Shown piece by piece: positions 19,551-29,238 of a DNA stretch of 64,000 nucleotides (within the stretch, counting starts at the first letter, position 1; every line of letters begins with the position of its first letter). The notes beneath the pieces were generated by a model. The model was not told where the DNA came from and made no database searches. It worked only from the letters and a program-made list of their open reading frames with translations. Both the position numbers and the translations under genes were made by a program. The stretch is from a virus (lineage: Duplodnaviria; Caudoviricetes): the IMG/VR virus record IMGVR_UViG_3300020195_001430, positions 1,290 to 65,289 of that record; one strand, written 5' to 3'.

Positions 19551-20147
19551 AAAGATGGATCACAGCCGACTGGCATTTGGGCGAAGATCGTTTTGCAATC
19601 ATGCAGCGTCCGTTCAAAGAGCAGCGTGAGATGATTGAACATCTTTTTGGCAAAGCACAACGAACTTGTTGCACCAGATGATCTGGTTTATGTGGTCGGC
19701 GATGTGTGCTATCAGAATTACCCAGAGTTTCTGGAAGAGGTTGATCGGTTCAACGGCAAGAAGATTGTGTTACGTGGGAATCATGACCGGGTTTTCACAG
19801 ACGAACAGTTGTTGAAGCACTTTCAAGAAGTTGTTCCAGAAGGACAGGGGTTGGAAGTTGATGTCGGAGATATCAAGTGCAACCTCACGCACTATCCGAC
19901 ACAAGCAGTTCATGGCAAGTTCAACCTTGTTGGCCACATCCACGGTGCTTGGAAGTATCAGTTGAATTCCTTCAATGTTGGCGTGGATGCCAACCATTTT
20001 GTTCCACATAATTTGGATGAAGCGGTTCCTTTTATCTTAAAAGCAATCTCAGAATTCTATGATGATGATGTGTGGGCCGCTTACAACGCCGCCAATCAGC
20101 CTTACTTGGGCTTGCGTGGCAAAAAAGGGGCATACTTCAAGGGATAG
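19547..20147 (+). pseudogene. calcineurin-like metallophosphoesterase split by a +1 frameshift at about 19643-19648
   Basis: ADWHLG is in one frame; VGD, GNHD, THYP and GHIH are in the +1 frame. The junction is CAT CTT TTT GG (T5 run). Confidence 0.8.
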
Positions 20148-20155
20148 GATTCACC

Positions 20156-20545
20156 ATGAGTGGCTTGATTAAACCTCGTGACATGAACTTCGTGCCAAAG
20201 CGTTGGGGCTGGGAGCTTTGGATTTGCAATGGCGAGAAGTATTGTGGCAAGAAGTTGTTTATCAAGCAGGGCTGGTGGTTGAGTTTTCATCACCATGAAA
20301 TCAAGGATGAAGTCCTGTTTGTGGAGTCTGGTCATGTCTGGTTGACATACGGACCCAATGAACAGGACTTTCTTTCTTTAGAAATGCGTCCGGGATTCGC
20401 ATTCCATGTTGAAACTGGACTAAGACATCAAATCCAAGCTATCGAGGACACGATGATATTCGAGTTCTCCACCCAACACTTTGATTCAGACAGCTATCGG
20501 ACAACTTTGGATTTGGTTGTCGATCATGAACCGGATGGGAGATAG
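20156..20545 (+). CDS. cupin (mannose-6-phosphate isomerase/sugar isomerase-like)
   Basis: VPKRWGWE, SFHHHEIKDE, RHQIQA and EFST. Confidence 0.8.
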   Translation: MSGLIKPRDMNFVPKRWGWELWICNGEKYCGKKLFIKQGWWLSFHHHEIKDEVLFVESGHVWLTYGPNEQDFLSLEMRPGFAFHVETGLRHQIQAIEDTMIFEFSTQHFDSDSYRTTLDLVVDHEPDGR

Positions 20546-20674
20546 CCATGGAAGAACTGCTTCGTAAAATCAGTAGACAACTTGAAGAGATCATCATTCT
20601 TTTGGAACAGGCGGCTGAAAGAGAAAAAACATTTGTACCACCTGACTGTGAACATCTATAAAGAAAGACAAGTC

Positions 20675-21601
20675 ATGAAGAATTATCACTTGGATTTGAT
20701 CCGTGCTGTAGAAGCTGGAGCGATCCATGCGGCAGAATGGGTTGGTCGTGGAAACAAAGAAGAAGCGGATCTGGCAGCAACCAACGCCATTAGAGATCGT
20801 CTGAACAAGATCGACTTTCGTGCTGTAATTGCAATTGGAGAAGGTAAAAAAGATGAGTCGCACGGGTTGTATCAAGGAGAAGTTGTAGGAATTGATAGAA
20901 AACTTAGTGATGGATTTGAGTATTCCATTGCCATTGACCCAATTGAGGGCACAACTCCAACTGCCAAAGGTGGTTATGAAGCGATGTCTGTAATTGCATT
21001 GGCCAATGTCGGAGCCATGTATCAAACAGAGACATTTTACATGAACAAGTTGGCTGTTGGGCCACAAGCCGCACATCTCCCGATTGGGCTTGATCAAAGT
21101 GCCATTACAAATATTGCACTGCTTTCTCAGGCTTTGGGCAAGTCTCCTCAACACATTACAGTTTGTGTTCTGGACAGACCTCGCACAAAGCCATTGGTTG
21201 AAGAACTGAGAAAGATCGGCTGTAGGATCAAATTCATCTCAGATTGCGATGTAACGGCCTGTATTGCGACTTGTGTGCCAGACAGCGGAATTGACATGTA
21301 CTGGTCTGTAGGCGGTGCCCCAGAGGCTGTAATCGCTGCTGCTGCCATGAAGTGCATGGGTGGAAGCCTCCAATGCCGTGAGATGGTGGTTAATGGGGAC
21401 TCCTGCACCGCACTTGAAGAGAGAATCTTGAAAATAGAGGATCTTGTTAAGGGCGACTGTATGTTTGCGGCCACTGGAATTACTGACGGACAACTCCTCA
21501 AGGGAGTGAGATTTACGTCGAATGGCCCTGTCACCAGTTCGATTGCCATGCGATCTGAAAGCGGAACAATCCGCAGAATGATTACAGAGCACGGCAATTG
21601 A
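20675..21601 (+). CDS. glpX: class II fructose-1,6-bisphosphatase (GlpX)
   Basis: GRGNKEEAD, IGEG, AIDPIEGT, VLDRPR, GGAPE, FAATGITDG and RSESGTIR. Confidence 0.95.
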   Translation: MKNYHLDLIRAVEAGAIHAAEWVGRGNKEEADLAATNAIRDRLNKIDFRAVIAIGEGKKDESHGLYQGEVVGIDRKLSDGFEYSIAIDPIEGTTPTAKGGYEAMSVIALANVGAMYQTETFYMNKLAVGPQAAHLPIGLDQSAITNIALLSQALGKSPQHITVCVLDRPRTKPLVEELRKIGCRIKFISDCDVTACIATCVPDSGIDMYWSVGGAPEAVIAAAAMKCMGGSLQCREMVVNGDSCTALEERILKIEDLVKGDCMFAATGITDGQLLKGVRFTSNGPVTSSIAMRSESGTIRRMITEHGN

Positions 21602-21608
21602 TTCTTGC

Positions 21609-21965
21609 GTGCCTAAATATGGTATGCAAACCGTTGATAATATTCATGAGTTGGATTACATCTATCCAAAGATTCTCATACTCCAATTGATAGAGAAAAC
21701 TAAGGATTGTGCCGTGATTTGGGACAAAATGTCCCCCACGGCTTACAAGACTAAATTTTCTATTGATGACCGATACTACGATATCAATCTGACATATCTC
21801 AGAAGCACTTACATAATTGATTTCGTAAGGAACGGTAGGTTTGTTATAAATGTGGACGCAGCAAGCGTACCAGAATTGATTGATTTATTCAAAGTCATTG
21901 ATTTATTCTGGTTTCAGAATGCCGACATCCTTCAGTCTGTTCAAAATCAAACAAGCTGTTCTTGA
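21609..21965 (+). CDS. hypothetical protein, member of a three-copy 'IEKTKxC..W' family
   Basis: LIEKTKDCAVIWDK, shared with 21983 and 26054. Confidence 0.65.
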   Translation: MPKYGMQTVDNIHELDYIYPKILILQLIEKTKDCAVIWDKMSPTAYKTKFSIDDRYYDINLTYLRSTYIIDFVRNGRFVINVDAASVPELIDLFKVIDLFWFQNADILQSVQNQTSCS

Positions 21966-21982
21966 AATGTTGGGGGAGATAA

Positions 21983-23212
21983 ATGGCAGACAACCTACTG
22001 GAACTCAATGCACTACAACCACAGCTTTTGTTAGCAGAATTGATTGACAAAACAAAACGATGTGCGTTGACTTGGGATAAGGTGTCGCACACATCATATT
22101 ACACGCATTTTATATGGGGAGACGATTGGCACGATGTCTATGTAACTCGTGTTCGTGGCGGATACAATCTCGACGTGTTGAAGAATGACAGAAACGTGAT
22201 GAGATTTAATTCTTACACAAACGATCAATTGGCTGTATTGTTTTATGTTATTGTTGACGATCTAAAAAATGATGACATTAGACAAATTATTCAAGATATT
22301 AATTCTCTTATTTCTTGCACGGCAAGTCTTGAAATGCAAGAAACACACGATAATGCAACCTTGACATTACATCCGCAATCGCACTTAGCAGACGTTGAAC
22401 TTGGAGAAATTGCGTTGTACATGGCGAATCCGTCTGGTACGGGAAGTTTGGAAATTTTATTTTCATCTGGAACTATCAAAACGATGTTGTCAAATGTTCA
22501 CAATATAGCGGGAGTTCGAGTTGATCAAACTTATGGGAATATTTTTTGGTGTCAGGTTGAACTGCAAGGAGGAAGGCCAAGTGGCACAACTATAAGTTGT
22601 TGTGGCACAAATGGAGATGGTGCCACAGTTGTTGTGAATTTGCCTGATTATGACGGAGTTCGTGGTTTCGATTTGGACAAAATAAACAAGAAGATATATT
22701 TCGTTGTAGACAAACTACATGGCAGCGACAATCTGGTTTATGATGTAAAGAGATGTAATTATGACGGCAGTAATATCGAAAGTGTTGTTGATGGTAATTT
22801 ATACATTTGTTCTCCAACATCTTTAACTATTGATGTAAAAAATCAATATGTGTTTTGGTGTGATAGCCATGGACTTTCAGAAGGATATGTTCACAGATCT
22901 AATTTTGATGGATCTGGATATGTAACATTGCTTTCAACCAATGGATACGTTAGAGAAGTTTGTGTTCATGATAACGTGCTTTACATTGGAGGCTCTGGAT
23001 TGTTGGCTAAAGTCAATGAGCAAGGCGGCAATGAAGTTCTTCTACCGCACACAGGGCTATCCATCATTGACTCTATTGATGTCAGTGAATCAGGCGTGAT
23101 GTATATCTCAGATCTTGGAGTGAAAAAAGTGGTTAGAACAGATCTGAATGGAAACAATCTTAAAGTCCTCGTTAATGATTCTGGTTCAAGATCATCAATT
23201 AGCTGCGTTTAG
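21983..23212 (+). CDS. 'IEKTKxC' domain fused to a YWTD/LDLR-class-B-like beta-propeller
   Basis: Repeats IFWCQ, IYFVV, VFWCD and MYISD, each followed by (R)xNxDG/NG. Confidence 0.7.
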   Translation: MADNLLELNALQPQLLLAELIDKTKRCALTWDKVSHTSYYTHFIWGDDWHDVYVTRVRGGYNLDVLKNDRNVMRFNSYTNDQLAVLFYVIVDDLKNDDIRQIIQDINSLISCTASLEMQETHDNATLTLHPQSHLADVELGEIALYMANPSGTGSLEILFSSGTIKTMLSNVHNIAGVRVDQTYGNIFWCQVELQGGRPSGTTISCCGTNGDGATVVVNLPDYDGVRGFDLDKINKKIYFVVDKLHGSDNLVYDVKRCNYDGSNIESVVDGNLYICSPTSLTIDVKNQYVFWCDSHGLSEGYVHRSNFDGSGYVTLLSTNGYVREVCVHDNVLYIGGSGLLAKVNEQGGNEVLLPHTGLSIIDSIDVSESGVMYISDLGVKKVVRTDLNGNNLKVLVNDSGSRSSISCV

Positions 23213-23240
23213 TTATTGACTGACTTAACTATATTAAGCC

Positions 23241-23525
23241 ATGGAAAAATCAGATATTCTAAAAGCAGCATCAAACGCTTATTACTTGAATGCCAGCATG
23301 ATCAAATTTTTGCTGGTTGAGAATTTGGCACTCAAGACCCTTCTCCATGAGAAGGGCTTGATTACGCCTGATGAATATAAGAAGTATCAAGAACATGCTG
23401 GAGCCATTCTTGCAATGAAAGAAGAAACTCAGATGTTGGCATATTTCCAGAAGATCTTGGAGAATAATTCTAGTTCTCCAGCCATTTCTGAGGATAGCTC
23501 GGCGGAGGCAACTCATAAAAGTTGA
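23241..23525 (+). CDS. hypothetical protein
   Basis: 94-aa ORF directly after the ACTATATTAAG motif. Confidence 0.55.
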   Translation: MEKSDILKAASNAYYLNASMIKFLLVENLALKTLLHEKGLITPDEYKKYQEHAGAILAMKEETQMLAYFQKILENNSSSPAISEDSSAEATHKS

Positions 23526-24084
23526 ACTCATCGCCGCCTTCTGTCATGCCTTCTCCGCCCTTGCCACCTTTTTTGCCCTTGGCTTTTCCTTTGCCTTTTC
23601 CATCGCCACCTTCACCAACTTCTCCTACACCACCATTGCCGCCTCTTCCAGCCATAAATTTGCCGCCCTTGGCGATTTGCTGTTGGATCTTCATGGCTTG
23701 CTCGTGACCTTTTCTGGTATAAGGCGTTTTGTGTAGTCTTGGCTCTCCGTTGATGTTTTTGTGTTTGGTTGAGATATACCAAGAGTGCGATGTCTTTTCT
23801 GGCTCAAGGTCTTTGATCCAAATATAGATCGCCCCCGGAGCATCAGTTTTTTTGTTTGGCTCTTCAACAGTGATCCACTTGATCTCAAATTTGGCCGGGA
23901 TGGTTTCTGTTGTCGGCCATCCTTGGAGATCATCCAGAGATTGCCAGAGTGTGATTGAAAACAACGAGGCAATCACTACTGCGGCAGCTTTTAGAATCCA
24001 CCATCCTTTGGAGCCAATGATGATCCAAAGGGCGAGGGACGCAATGATTATGAATGTCAATGGGATTGCAAATGTTTCTATCAT
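23470..24084 (-). CDS. two-TM membrane protein, third gene of the MotA/ExbB-like cassette
   Basis: Two N-terminal TM helices, GWPT, a Gly/Lys-rich linker and a Pro-rich end; translationally coupled to the upstream gene. Confidence 0.7.
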   Translation of the reverse strand: MIETFAIPLTFIIIASLALWIIIGSKGWWILKAAAVVIASLFSITLWQSLDDLQGWPTTETIPAKFEIKWITVEEPNKKTDAPGAIYIWIKDLEPEKTSHSWYISTKHKNINGEPRLHKTPYTRKGHEQAMKIQQQIAKGGKFMAGRGGNGGVGEVGEGGDGKGKGKAKGKKGGKGGEGMTEGGDEFNFYELPPPSYPQKWLEN

Positions 24085-24791
24085 GGTGTTCCCTCCGGGT
24101 TAGCTGGAGCAGCTTCTGGGTCTGGATTTGTAGGTGGCGTGTACTCTGGGAATGAGATCTGAGGTTGTTGGTATTGAGGAACCTGAACTTGAGACTTCGC
24201 AAGATCCTTTGCCAGATCATTGACACTTGTTACGTCTCCGGCATTATCCAATGTGAATCGGAATCCTGTCTTCTCATCGCCAGTTTTTCCAAGCTCAACT
24301 TCTTTGATCGTAATTGTCTTTAGTGCAGGATTGATCTTCTCAAGTTTTACTGTGACTTTGGTTTTCTCTGCTTTATCTCTCTCGGAATACATGTGGACAT
24401 TGACCACATACTCTCCGGGAATGATGCCCCTGATACTGACAATCTCTCTGTTTTCACGCACAATTACCATCGAGCCATCTGCCATTTTAATGGCATCGTT
24501 GCTTGTCCCAAGATCATCACGATCAAGATGCAACAATCCTTTTTCTCTGGCTCTGAAGAATACTAGGTTGCCAAGCGGGTCTTCGACGTAAGTGTCTACG
24601 TCATTGTTTGAATTCTTATCCCAAGTAATGGAAATGAGGAATTCAGCTTTGGATTCAACCTTGTTGTTCTTTTCTTCGATCTTTTTGCTTATCATCAAGA
24701 ACGACAACATGAATAAGCAAATGAACACGCCCAACAGATTTGTAGCCAAGTCTGTCATGGCAATGCCGGGACCGTATTGTTCTTTACTCAT
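24081..24791 (-). CDS. MotB/ExbD-like single-TM protein with a YfaP/DUF2135-like domain
   Basis: TM segment with an Asp (MTDLATNLLGVF); DVDTYVEDP, LDRDDLG and PGEYVVNVHMY. Confidence 0.65.
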   Translation of the reverse strand: MSKEQYGPGIAMTDLATNLLGVFICLFMLSFLMISKKIEEKNNKVESKAEFLISITWDKNSNNDVDTYVEDPLGNLVFFRAREKGLLHLDRDDLGTSNDAIKMADGSMVIVRENREIVSIRGIIPGEYVVNVHMYSERDKAEKTKVTVKLEKINPALKTITIKEVELGKTGDEKTGFRFTLDNAGDVTSVNDLAKDLAKSQVQVPQYQQPQISFPEYTPPTNPDPEAAPANPEGTP

Positions 24792-25299
24792 CCAAAGCTC
24801 TCCTTCTGGCGTGGCCGAGGTTGATGTATTGGAGCTTCAAGAAGAAGCTGCACACCAATCCGGCGAGTGTGGTGTAAAGAGCGGTAGACATTCCATACAC
24901 CAGATCTGCAATGAGTTTCTGGACTGCTCCCATGTTGGACGGGTCAATTCCTACGAATCCCTTGAGGGCGTAGACGATTCCCACAACAGTTCCAATAAAT
25001 CCCCAGACAGTGAACTGTTCTGCAATGAACCAACCGACCTTTTCCAAGTCTTTTGTTTTTGTAACATTGACTGGAATGCCAAAGATCTCATTGCGGTTGA
25101 GGTGATGACTTAGAACGAATGTTTTTACTCCACACCAGATTGATGTGAACACAAAAACAACAGCGATGCTAAGACTGATATATGACCAGTCTTTTTCGAG
25201 AATTTCTGCAAACAAACCAAACTTGTTGCAGAAGAAAGCTCCTACAGATGTGACCGCTGCAATCAATAGCCATCTGAGGAATGCGATGTGTTTGACCAT
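24784..25299 (-). CDS. MotA/TolQ/ExbB proton-channel family protein
   Basis: GFIGTVVG and GMSTALYTTLAGL signatures. Confidence 0.85.
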   Translation of the reverse strand: MVKHIAFLRWLLIAAVTSVGAFFCNKFGLFAEILEKDWSYISLSIAVVFVFTSIWCGVKTFVLSHHLNRNEIFGIPVNVTKTKDLEKVGWFIAEQFTVWGFIGTVVGIVYALKGFVGIDPSNMGAVQKLIADLVYGMSTALYTTLAGLVCSFFLKLQYINLGHARRRALDE

Positions 25300-25365
25300 A
25301 TTGAGCCTTTCTTTGTTTTAGGCGATCTTAATATAGTCATAGAATTGATAATCTGCAATATGAGA

Positions 25366-26043
25366 TCATTCAGAGATTTGCTGCTGGCGTTTGATTTTGG
25401 TTCTCAATTGGCCGAGTCCAACCTCTGTTTGTACGGCGAATTGCCAACCGTGATTGAGGGCATGATCATTCATAGCACCCCATTTTGCACGGTTTTGCTC
25501 ATAGGCTGTCTGATTGGCTGGTTTGATTTCCCAGATTTCTGTACTGCCATCTACAAAATTTACTCGGATGTCAGGAATGTAATCATGCCAAGCACCTTGG
25601 TAGTAATAAGGAACCTTGAACGGTTCAGCGAAGAAGTTGGCGACATCACAGTCTGATTCTAAAAGTTCGTAGAACTCACATTCCATTCCAGATCTGTAAG
25701 GAATATCGCATCCGCCTTTCTTGGATGAGAAAGTTCCAGTTCTGAATGCAACCTTCTTGGTGGTCTTCTTTTTCTCTCCGCCAGTTTTGAAGTCACGCCA
25801 GATGGCTACACGAGTCTGCAATCCTTTAGGCATGACTCGTTTTGGGTGTTTGGCTTTGTAGTGGGTGACAAGATCACGTACCGGGGCATCACAATCTGGG
25901 CACTTGATGAATTCCCGGCCTTCTTCGTGATTGCCGATGATATGTTCTTTGTAGGCTGGAAAATCTTCGTAGTTTCTCCCACAAACGAAGCACTGCCATT
26001 TTCTGGTATTTGCTTTTCCAGCATCTTCAAACAATTTAGACAT
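25366..26043 (-). CDS. TnsA-like/T4 gp4-type head-completion nuclease with N-terminal C2H2 zinc fingers
   Basis: YRSGME...EP..VPY...YIPD...EIKP; two CxxC..H..H fingers. Confidence 0.8.
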   Translation of the reverse strand: MSKLFEDAGKANTRKWQCFVCGRNYEDFPAYKEHIIGNHEEGREFIKCPDCDAPVRDLVTHYKAKHPKRVMPKGLQTRVAIWRDFKTGGEKKKTTKKVAFRTGTFSSKKGGCDIPYRSGMECEFYELLESDCDVANFFAEPFKVPYYYQGAWHDYIPDIRVNFVDGSTEIWEIKPANQTAYEQNRAKWGAMNDHALNHGWQFAVQTEVGLGQLRTKIKRQQQISE

Positions 26044-26053
26044 GTCCTTCCCT

Positions 26054-26440
26054 TTAGCTTCTGCAAGTTGACAAGTTCTGCACGAACTGAATCGTTTCCT
26101 TGAGCTTGGCGTCTAGTTGCAGAACAATGATTTCGACGATTTCATAAAGTTGTTGAACCAAGCTGTTGCGTCCAGTCACTGGCAATGGGCCGTCCTGAAC
26201 CGAGATGTAGGCCACTGATTCCTTCTTGATGTCGAGGTTCCATTTGGCGGCTGTATTGCCAATTGGGGTCAATGTGATGTAGAAGTCCCATGTAATATTG
26301 GTGTTCTCATCTTCTTGCGTGGCATGGAACTGGTATGTGCCGATGCTGCTCCATGTCAGTCCACAGGACTTTGTTTTTTCAATGATCTCACGGACCAAAG
26401 CTTCGTTATACAGATCTTGTAATTCAAGTAGTGATGGCAT
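26054..26440 (-). CDS. hypothetical protein, 'IEKTKxC..W' family
   Basis: IIEKTKSCGLTWSS; ends QNLSTC, like 21609 (QNQTSC). Confidence 0.65.
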   Translation of the reverse strand: MPSLLELQDLYNEALVREIIEKTKSCGLTWSSIGTYQFHATQEDENTNITWDFYITLTPIGNTAAKWNLDIKKESVAYISVQDGPLPVTGRNSLVQQLYEIVEIIVLQLDAKLKETIQFVQNLSTCRS

Positions 26441-26920
26441 TTATTCCTCGTCGGCTCTCGTGAAATTCGGAGCATCATCTGGGTCATTTTTCAAGAATCG
26501 GGACAAGTCAATTAGGTTGAAAGTGCTTTTCTTTTTAGGGAACGCTTTCTCTCCAAGCTTTTCGACTTCCTTATGAAGCATCTCGGAGACTTTTTCTTTA
26601 TCCAAGATCTTGATTTGCTTCAGGTCTTTATAACTGAAAACATTCTGGGCAGGCTCACCGCCAACAGACTTTTGTAAATTGTGAGCGGTGAAGTTGGCTT
26701 CGTCTCTCCAACCAGATGGCAGTTCATCGTCTGGATGCTTCATTTTGGCAAAGACAACACGGCTATCTTCTCCAGCACCAAAGATATCTGTTCCTTTTTT
26801 GAAGAAGAAAACAAAGGGAGCGATAAGTTCGCTGACTCTGTTGTCAACTTCACTTTCTACAAGATATCCGTCCCAGACATCCATAAGTTCTCTAAATTTT
26901 GAAAAGCCGGGTGATTGCAC
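26441..26920 (-). CDS. hypothetical protein
   Basis: 159-aa ORF; start uncertain. Confidence 0.6.
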   Translation of the reverse strand: MQSPGFSKFRELMDVWDGYLVESEVDNRVSELIAPFVFFFKKGTDIFGAGEDSRVVFAKMKHPDDELPSGWRDEANFTAHNLQKSVGGEPAQNVFSYKDLKQIKILDKEKVSEMLHKEVEKLGEKAFPKKKSTFNLIDLSRFLKNDPDDAPNFTRADEE

Positions 26921-26961
26921 TGTTTGCCTCGAATCTGTTTGTTCTACTCATATATACTCTC

Positions 26962-27540
26962 ATGATGCAACGATTTAGAGAATTTGTAAGATCAACGCCG
27001 TTCGTATTTCGTCTTCGAGAAGAAGATGCGGCTCCCACTGCATCTGCTCCGATGCCGACAGACCCAGACAACACCACAACCAACAAATATTACTTTGACA
27101 AACTCCAAGATGAGCTTGATATTGATGATGATGCCATGAAAGGTGCTCTGGAAGGCCCACAGACTCTCTACAAGGTGCCTGATTATGGTTGGGGGTTCAG
27201 AGTTCAACCACCAGTCCAAGCCACGGTAAAGGACAAAGGAAACGGCACATACGATGTGACATTCCTGTTGGCTCAAGCCAACAAGCGGAAGATGATGTTG
27301 CCTTACAAACAAGGCGAGCGTCCAACTTATTATGAAGGTCCAGTTGAAAACAAGACCGTCATGATGAACAAAGAAGAATTGTCAGATTTGATTGTGCCGC
27401 CTTACGAGGCAGCAGCCGCTGGCGGTGGCATGGGCGGACCTCCACCAATGGGAGATCCAATGGGCGGCGGCATGGGTGGTCCGCCACCGGGTGCTGGCGG
27501 ACCTTTGGGTGGCGGAATGCCTCCAATGGGAGGCATGTAA
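26962..27540 (+). CDS. hypothetical protein with CTS-like N-terminus and Gly/Pro/Met-rich tail
   Basis: MMQRFREFV; GGPPPMG repeats. Confidence 0.65.
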   Translation: MMQRFREFVRSTPFVFRLREEDAAPTASAPMPTDPDNTTTNKYYFDKLQDELDIDDDAMKGALEGPQTLYKVPDYGWGFRVQPPVQATVKDKGNGTYDVTFLLAQANKRKMMLPYKQGERPTYYEGPVENKTVMMNKEELSDLIVPPYEAAAAGGGMGGPPPMGDPMGGGMGGPPPGAGGPLGGGMPPMGGM

Positions 27541-27731
27541 TGAAGTTCAAAGAATGGATGCAGATCCAAGAAGTCGGCACATCAACCAGTTGTGTGGCAG
27601 CATTCAGCAGAATCACTCTGCCGTTGGTGCGTCGTCTCTGGCCAATGGATTGGGGTTCTTGGAAGGATGATCGGAAGAAAAAGAAGAAGCCTCTTGAGCA
27701 GCCTCAAGTGAAAGAAGATATTCGTCTGTAA
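27540..27731 (+). CDS. small protein with CTS-like N-terminus
   Basis: MKFKEWMQIQE; coupled by TAATG. Confidence 0.65.
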   Translation: MKFKEWMQIQEVGTSTSCVAAFSRITLPLVRRLWPMDWGSWKDDRKKKKKPLEQPQVKEDIRL

Positions 27732-27821
27732 ATACCCAGCAATCCATACGCATCATTCTCTCCAGCCTTTTATATTTGGCTTTCTCTCTAGCTTTACAGA
27801 TCCAATAATTTCTGGTTCTCA

Positions 27822-28190
27822 TTAAGACAAACCCTTTCTGCTTTCAGCATCATGTGTGCCAGTATCCAATTCGATATCATCGGCCAGCATTTCGCTGCCT
27901 CCGTATGGATCTGTGCCCATGTGTGACAAAGCTTCGGCCATTTGTCTCTCTTCTTTAACCTTCGGGATGTTGTACTTGAACCGATAGTCATGTCCTGAGC
28001 TATCGCTGTTCCACTTATCTGTCCCTTCTGGTTGGGCAAATGTGAAGTTTGGAGCAGAGATTCTTTTGTCTTTTTTCTTCGATCCACATTCTGGACAGAC
28101 AACGGTTTTGTATTTGCCTGTCTCGTCAAAGCTGGCGAGGGCCTCGTAGTTGGCTTTACAACTTTTGCATTCAAATTCGTAGATTGGCAT
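27822..28190 (-). CDS. FmdB-family zinc-ribbon protein
   Basis: MPIYEFECKSC...CPECGS...ISAP. Confidence 0.85.
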   Translation of the reverse strand: MPIYEFECKSCKANYEALASFDETGKYKTVVCPECGSKKKDKRISAPNFTFAQPEGTDKWNSDSSGHDYRFKYNIPKVKEERQMAEALSHMGTDPYGGSEMLADDIELDTGTHDAESRKGLS

Positions 28191-28211
28191 GATTCCTCCG
28201 CACTAAAGTAG

Positions 28212-28568
28212 TTACTTTATTACGGTTTCTTCTGGCATTTCAGGTGGAGGTGGGTCGGCTGTGATCATCACAAGAGATTCGTAGATGATTGCGATTTCCT
28301 TCATCTTTGAATTGGACCCCTTGAATCTCCAAAACCAATGAGCTTCAGCTATTTTTATGGCTTTGTCTAACAGGCTGTGTTTGAGTCCGTCTTGAGCGAT
28401 CCCGACCTGCATGACATCGACTAAATCTTGGCTTTGGATGAAGGCAATTGTGTCTTCTTCCATGTCATAAAGATCATCGTCATCGTCATCGTCATCGTCG
28501 TCATCGTGACTCCCAAAGAATGGTTTCTCGTTTTCGGAATCTTCGTTATAAAATCTGTCCATAAACAC
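28212..28568 (-). CDS. hypothetical acidic protein
   Basis: Poly-Asp tract. Confidence 0.6.
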   Translation of the reverse strand: MFMDRFYNEDSENEKPFFGSHDDDDDDDDDDDLYDMEEDTIAFIQSQDLVDVMQVGIAQDGLKHSLLDKAIKIAEAHWFWRFKGSNSKMKEIAIIYESLVMITADPPPPEMPEETVIK

Positions 28569-28569
28569 C

Positions 28570-29238
28570 TCAGACGACTACGCTGTAAAGGGTACACATT
28601 CGCTTCCACAAATCGACGATCCTGTTTTCGCAGGATGTCATGTCTGCCGTCATCAGGCCATTAGCATTTGAGAACGGACAGCCTTTCAGGGTATCTATCC
28701 ATTTGCCACAGCCTTTGCTGTATGACACCAATGATCTAACTTCTTGTGCGTCTTTGGCTTCTTCGCACAAGCTTTTTTCCTGCATTTCAATTGGATCTTC
28801 ATCCAATAAAAATGAATTCAACATATCTGGGATATTCGGTTGTTTCAGGAACCATACATCATTGTCGAATATATTGGAATCCGAGTTGAGTTGTTCTAAG
28901 AGTTTTTGATCTAAAACATCGACCGCCATCACAAGAGGTTTGATGACTAGAATTGGGGCCTCGATCATCTTGTGTGCAATTGCCTTTCCGATTGCGTCCA
29001 AGCGAGAAGCGATAGGACTTTCTGTATCAAAAACATTGTGTCTAAGGACGGGCAAGTTGATTCTTTTGGTCCATTGGAAATACTGAAACGGAGTTTGTTC
29101 GTTTCTGGCAACGCTGATGGCTACTTTGGCATTCGGAAGGTTTTTGTAGATTGAGTACCAAGTTCCGAATGCTTGCCAATCCTGACCAGTTTCTGTTGTG
29201 ATTAACACAGATAGGCCGTTTCCTGTTTCTGTAATCAT
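28570..29238 (-). CDS. hypothetical protein
   Basis: 222-aa ORF. Confidence 0.65.
   Translation of the reverse strand: MITETGNGLSVLITTETGQDWQAFGTWYSIYKNLPNAKVAISVARNEQTPFQYFQWTKRINLPVLRHNVFDTESPIASRLDAIGKAIAHKMIEAPILVIKPLVMAVDVLDQKLLEQLNSDSNIFDNDVWFLKQPNIPDMLNSFLLDEDPIEMQEKSLCEEAKDAQEVRSLVSYSKGCGKWIDTLKGCPFSNANGLMTADMTSCENRIVDLWKRMCTLYSVVV

Noticed and set aside
23470-25299. Zorya defence system
   Set aside because: No long ZorA tail, no OmpA-like domain in the B subunit, and no zorC, zorD or zorE.
25366-26043. Tn7-like transposon suggested by the TnsA-like gene
   Set aside because: No tnsB or tnsC and no transposon ends; a T4 gp4-like role fits better.
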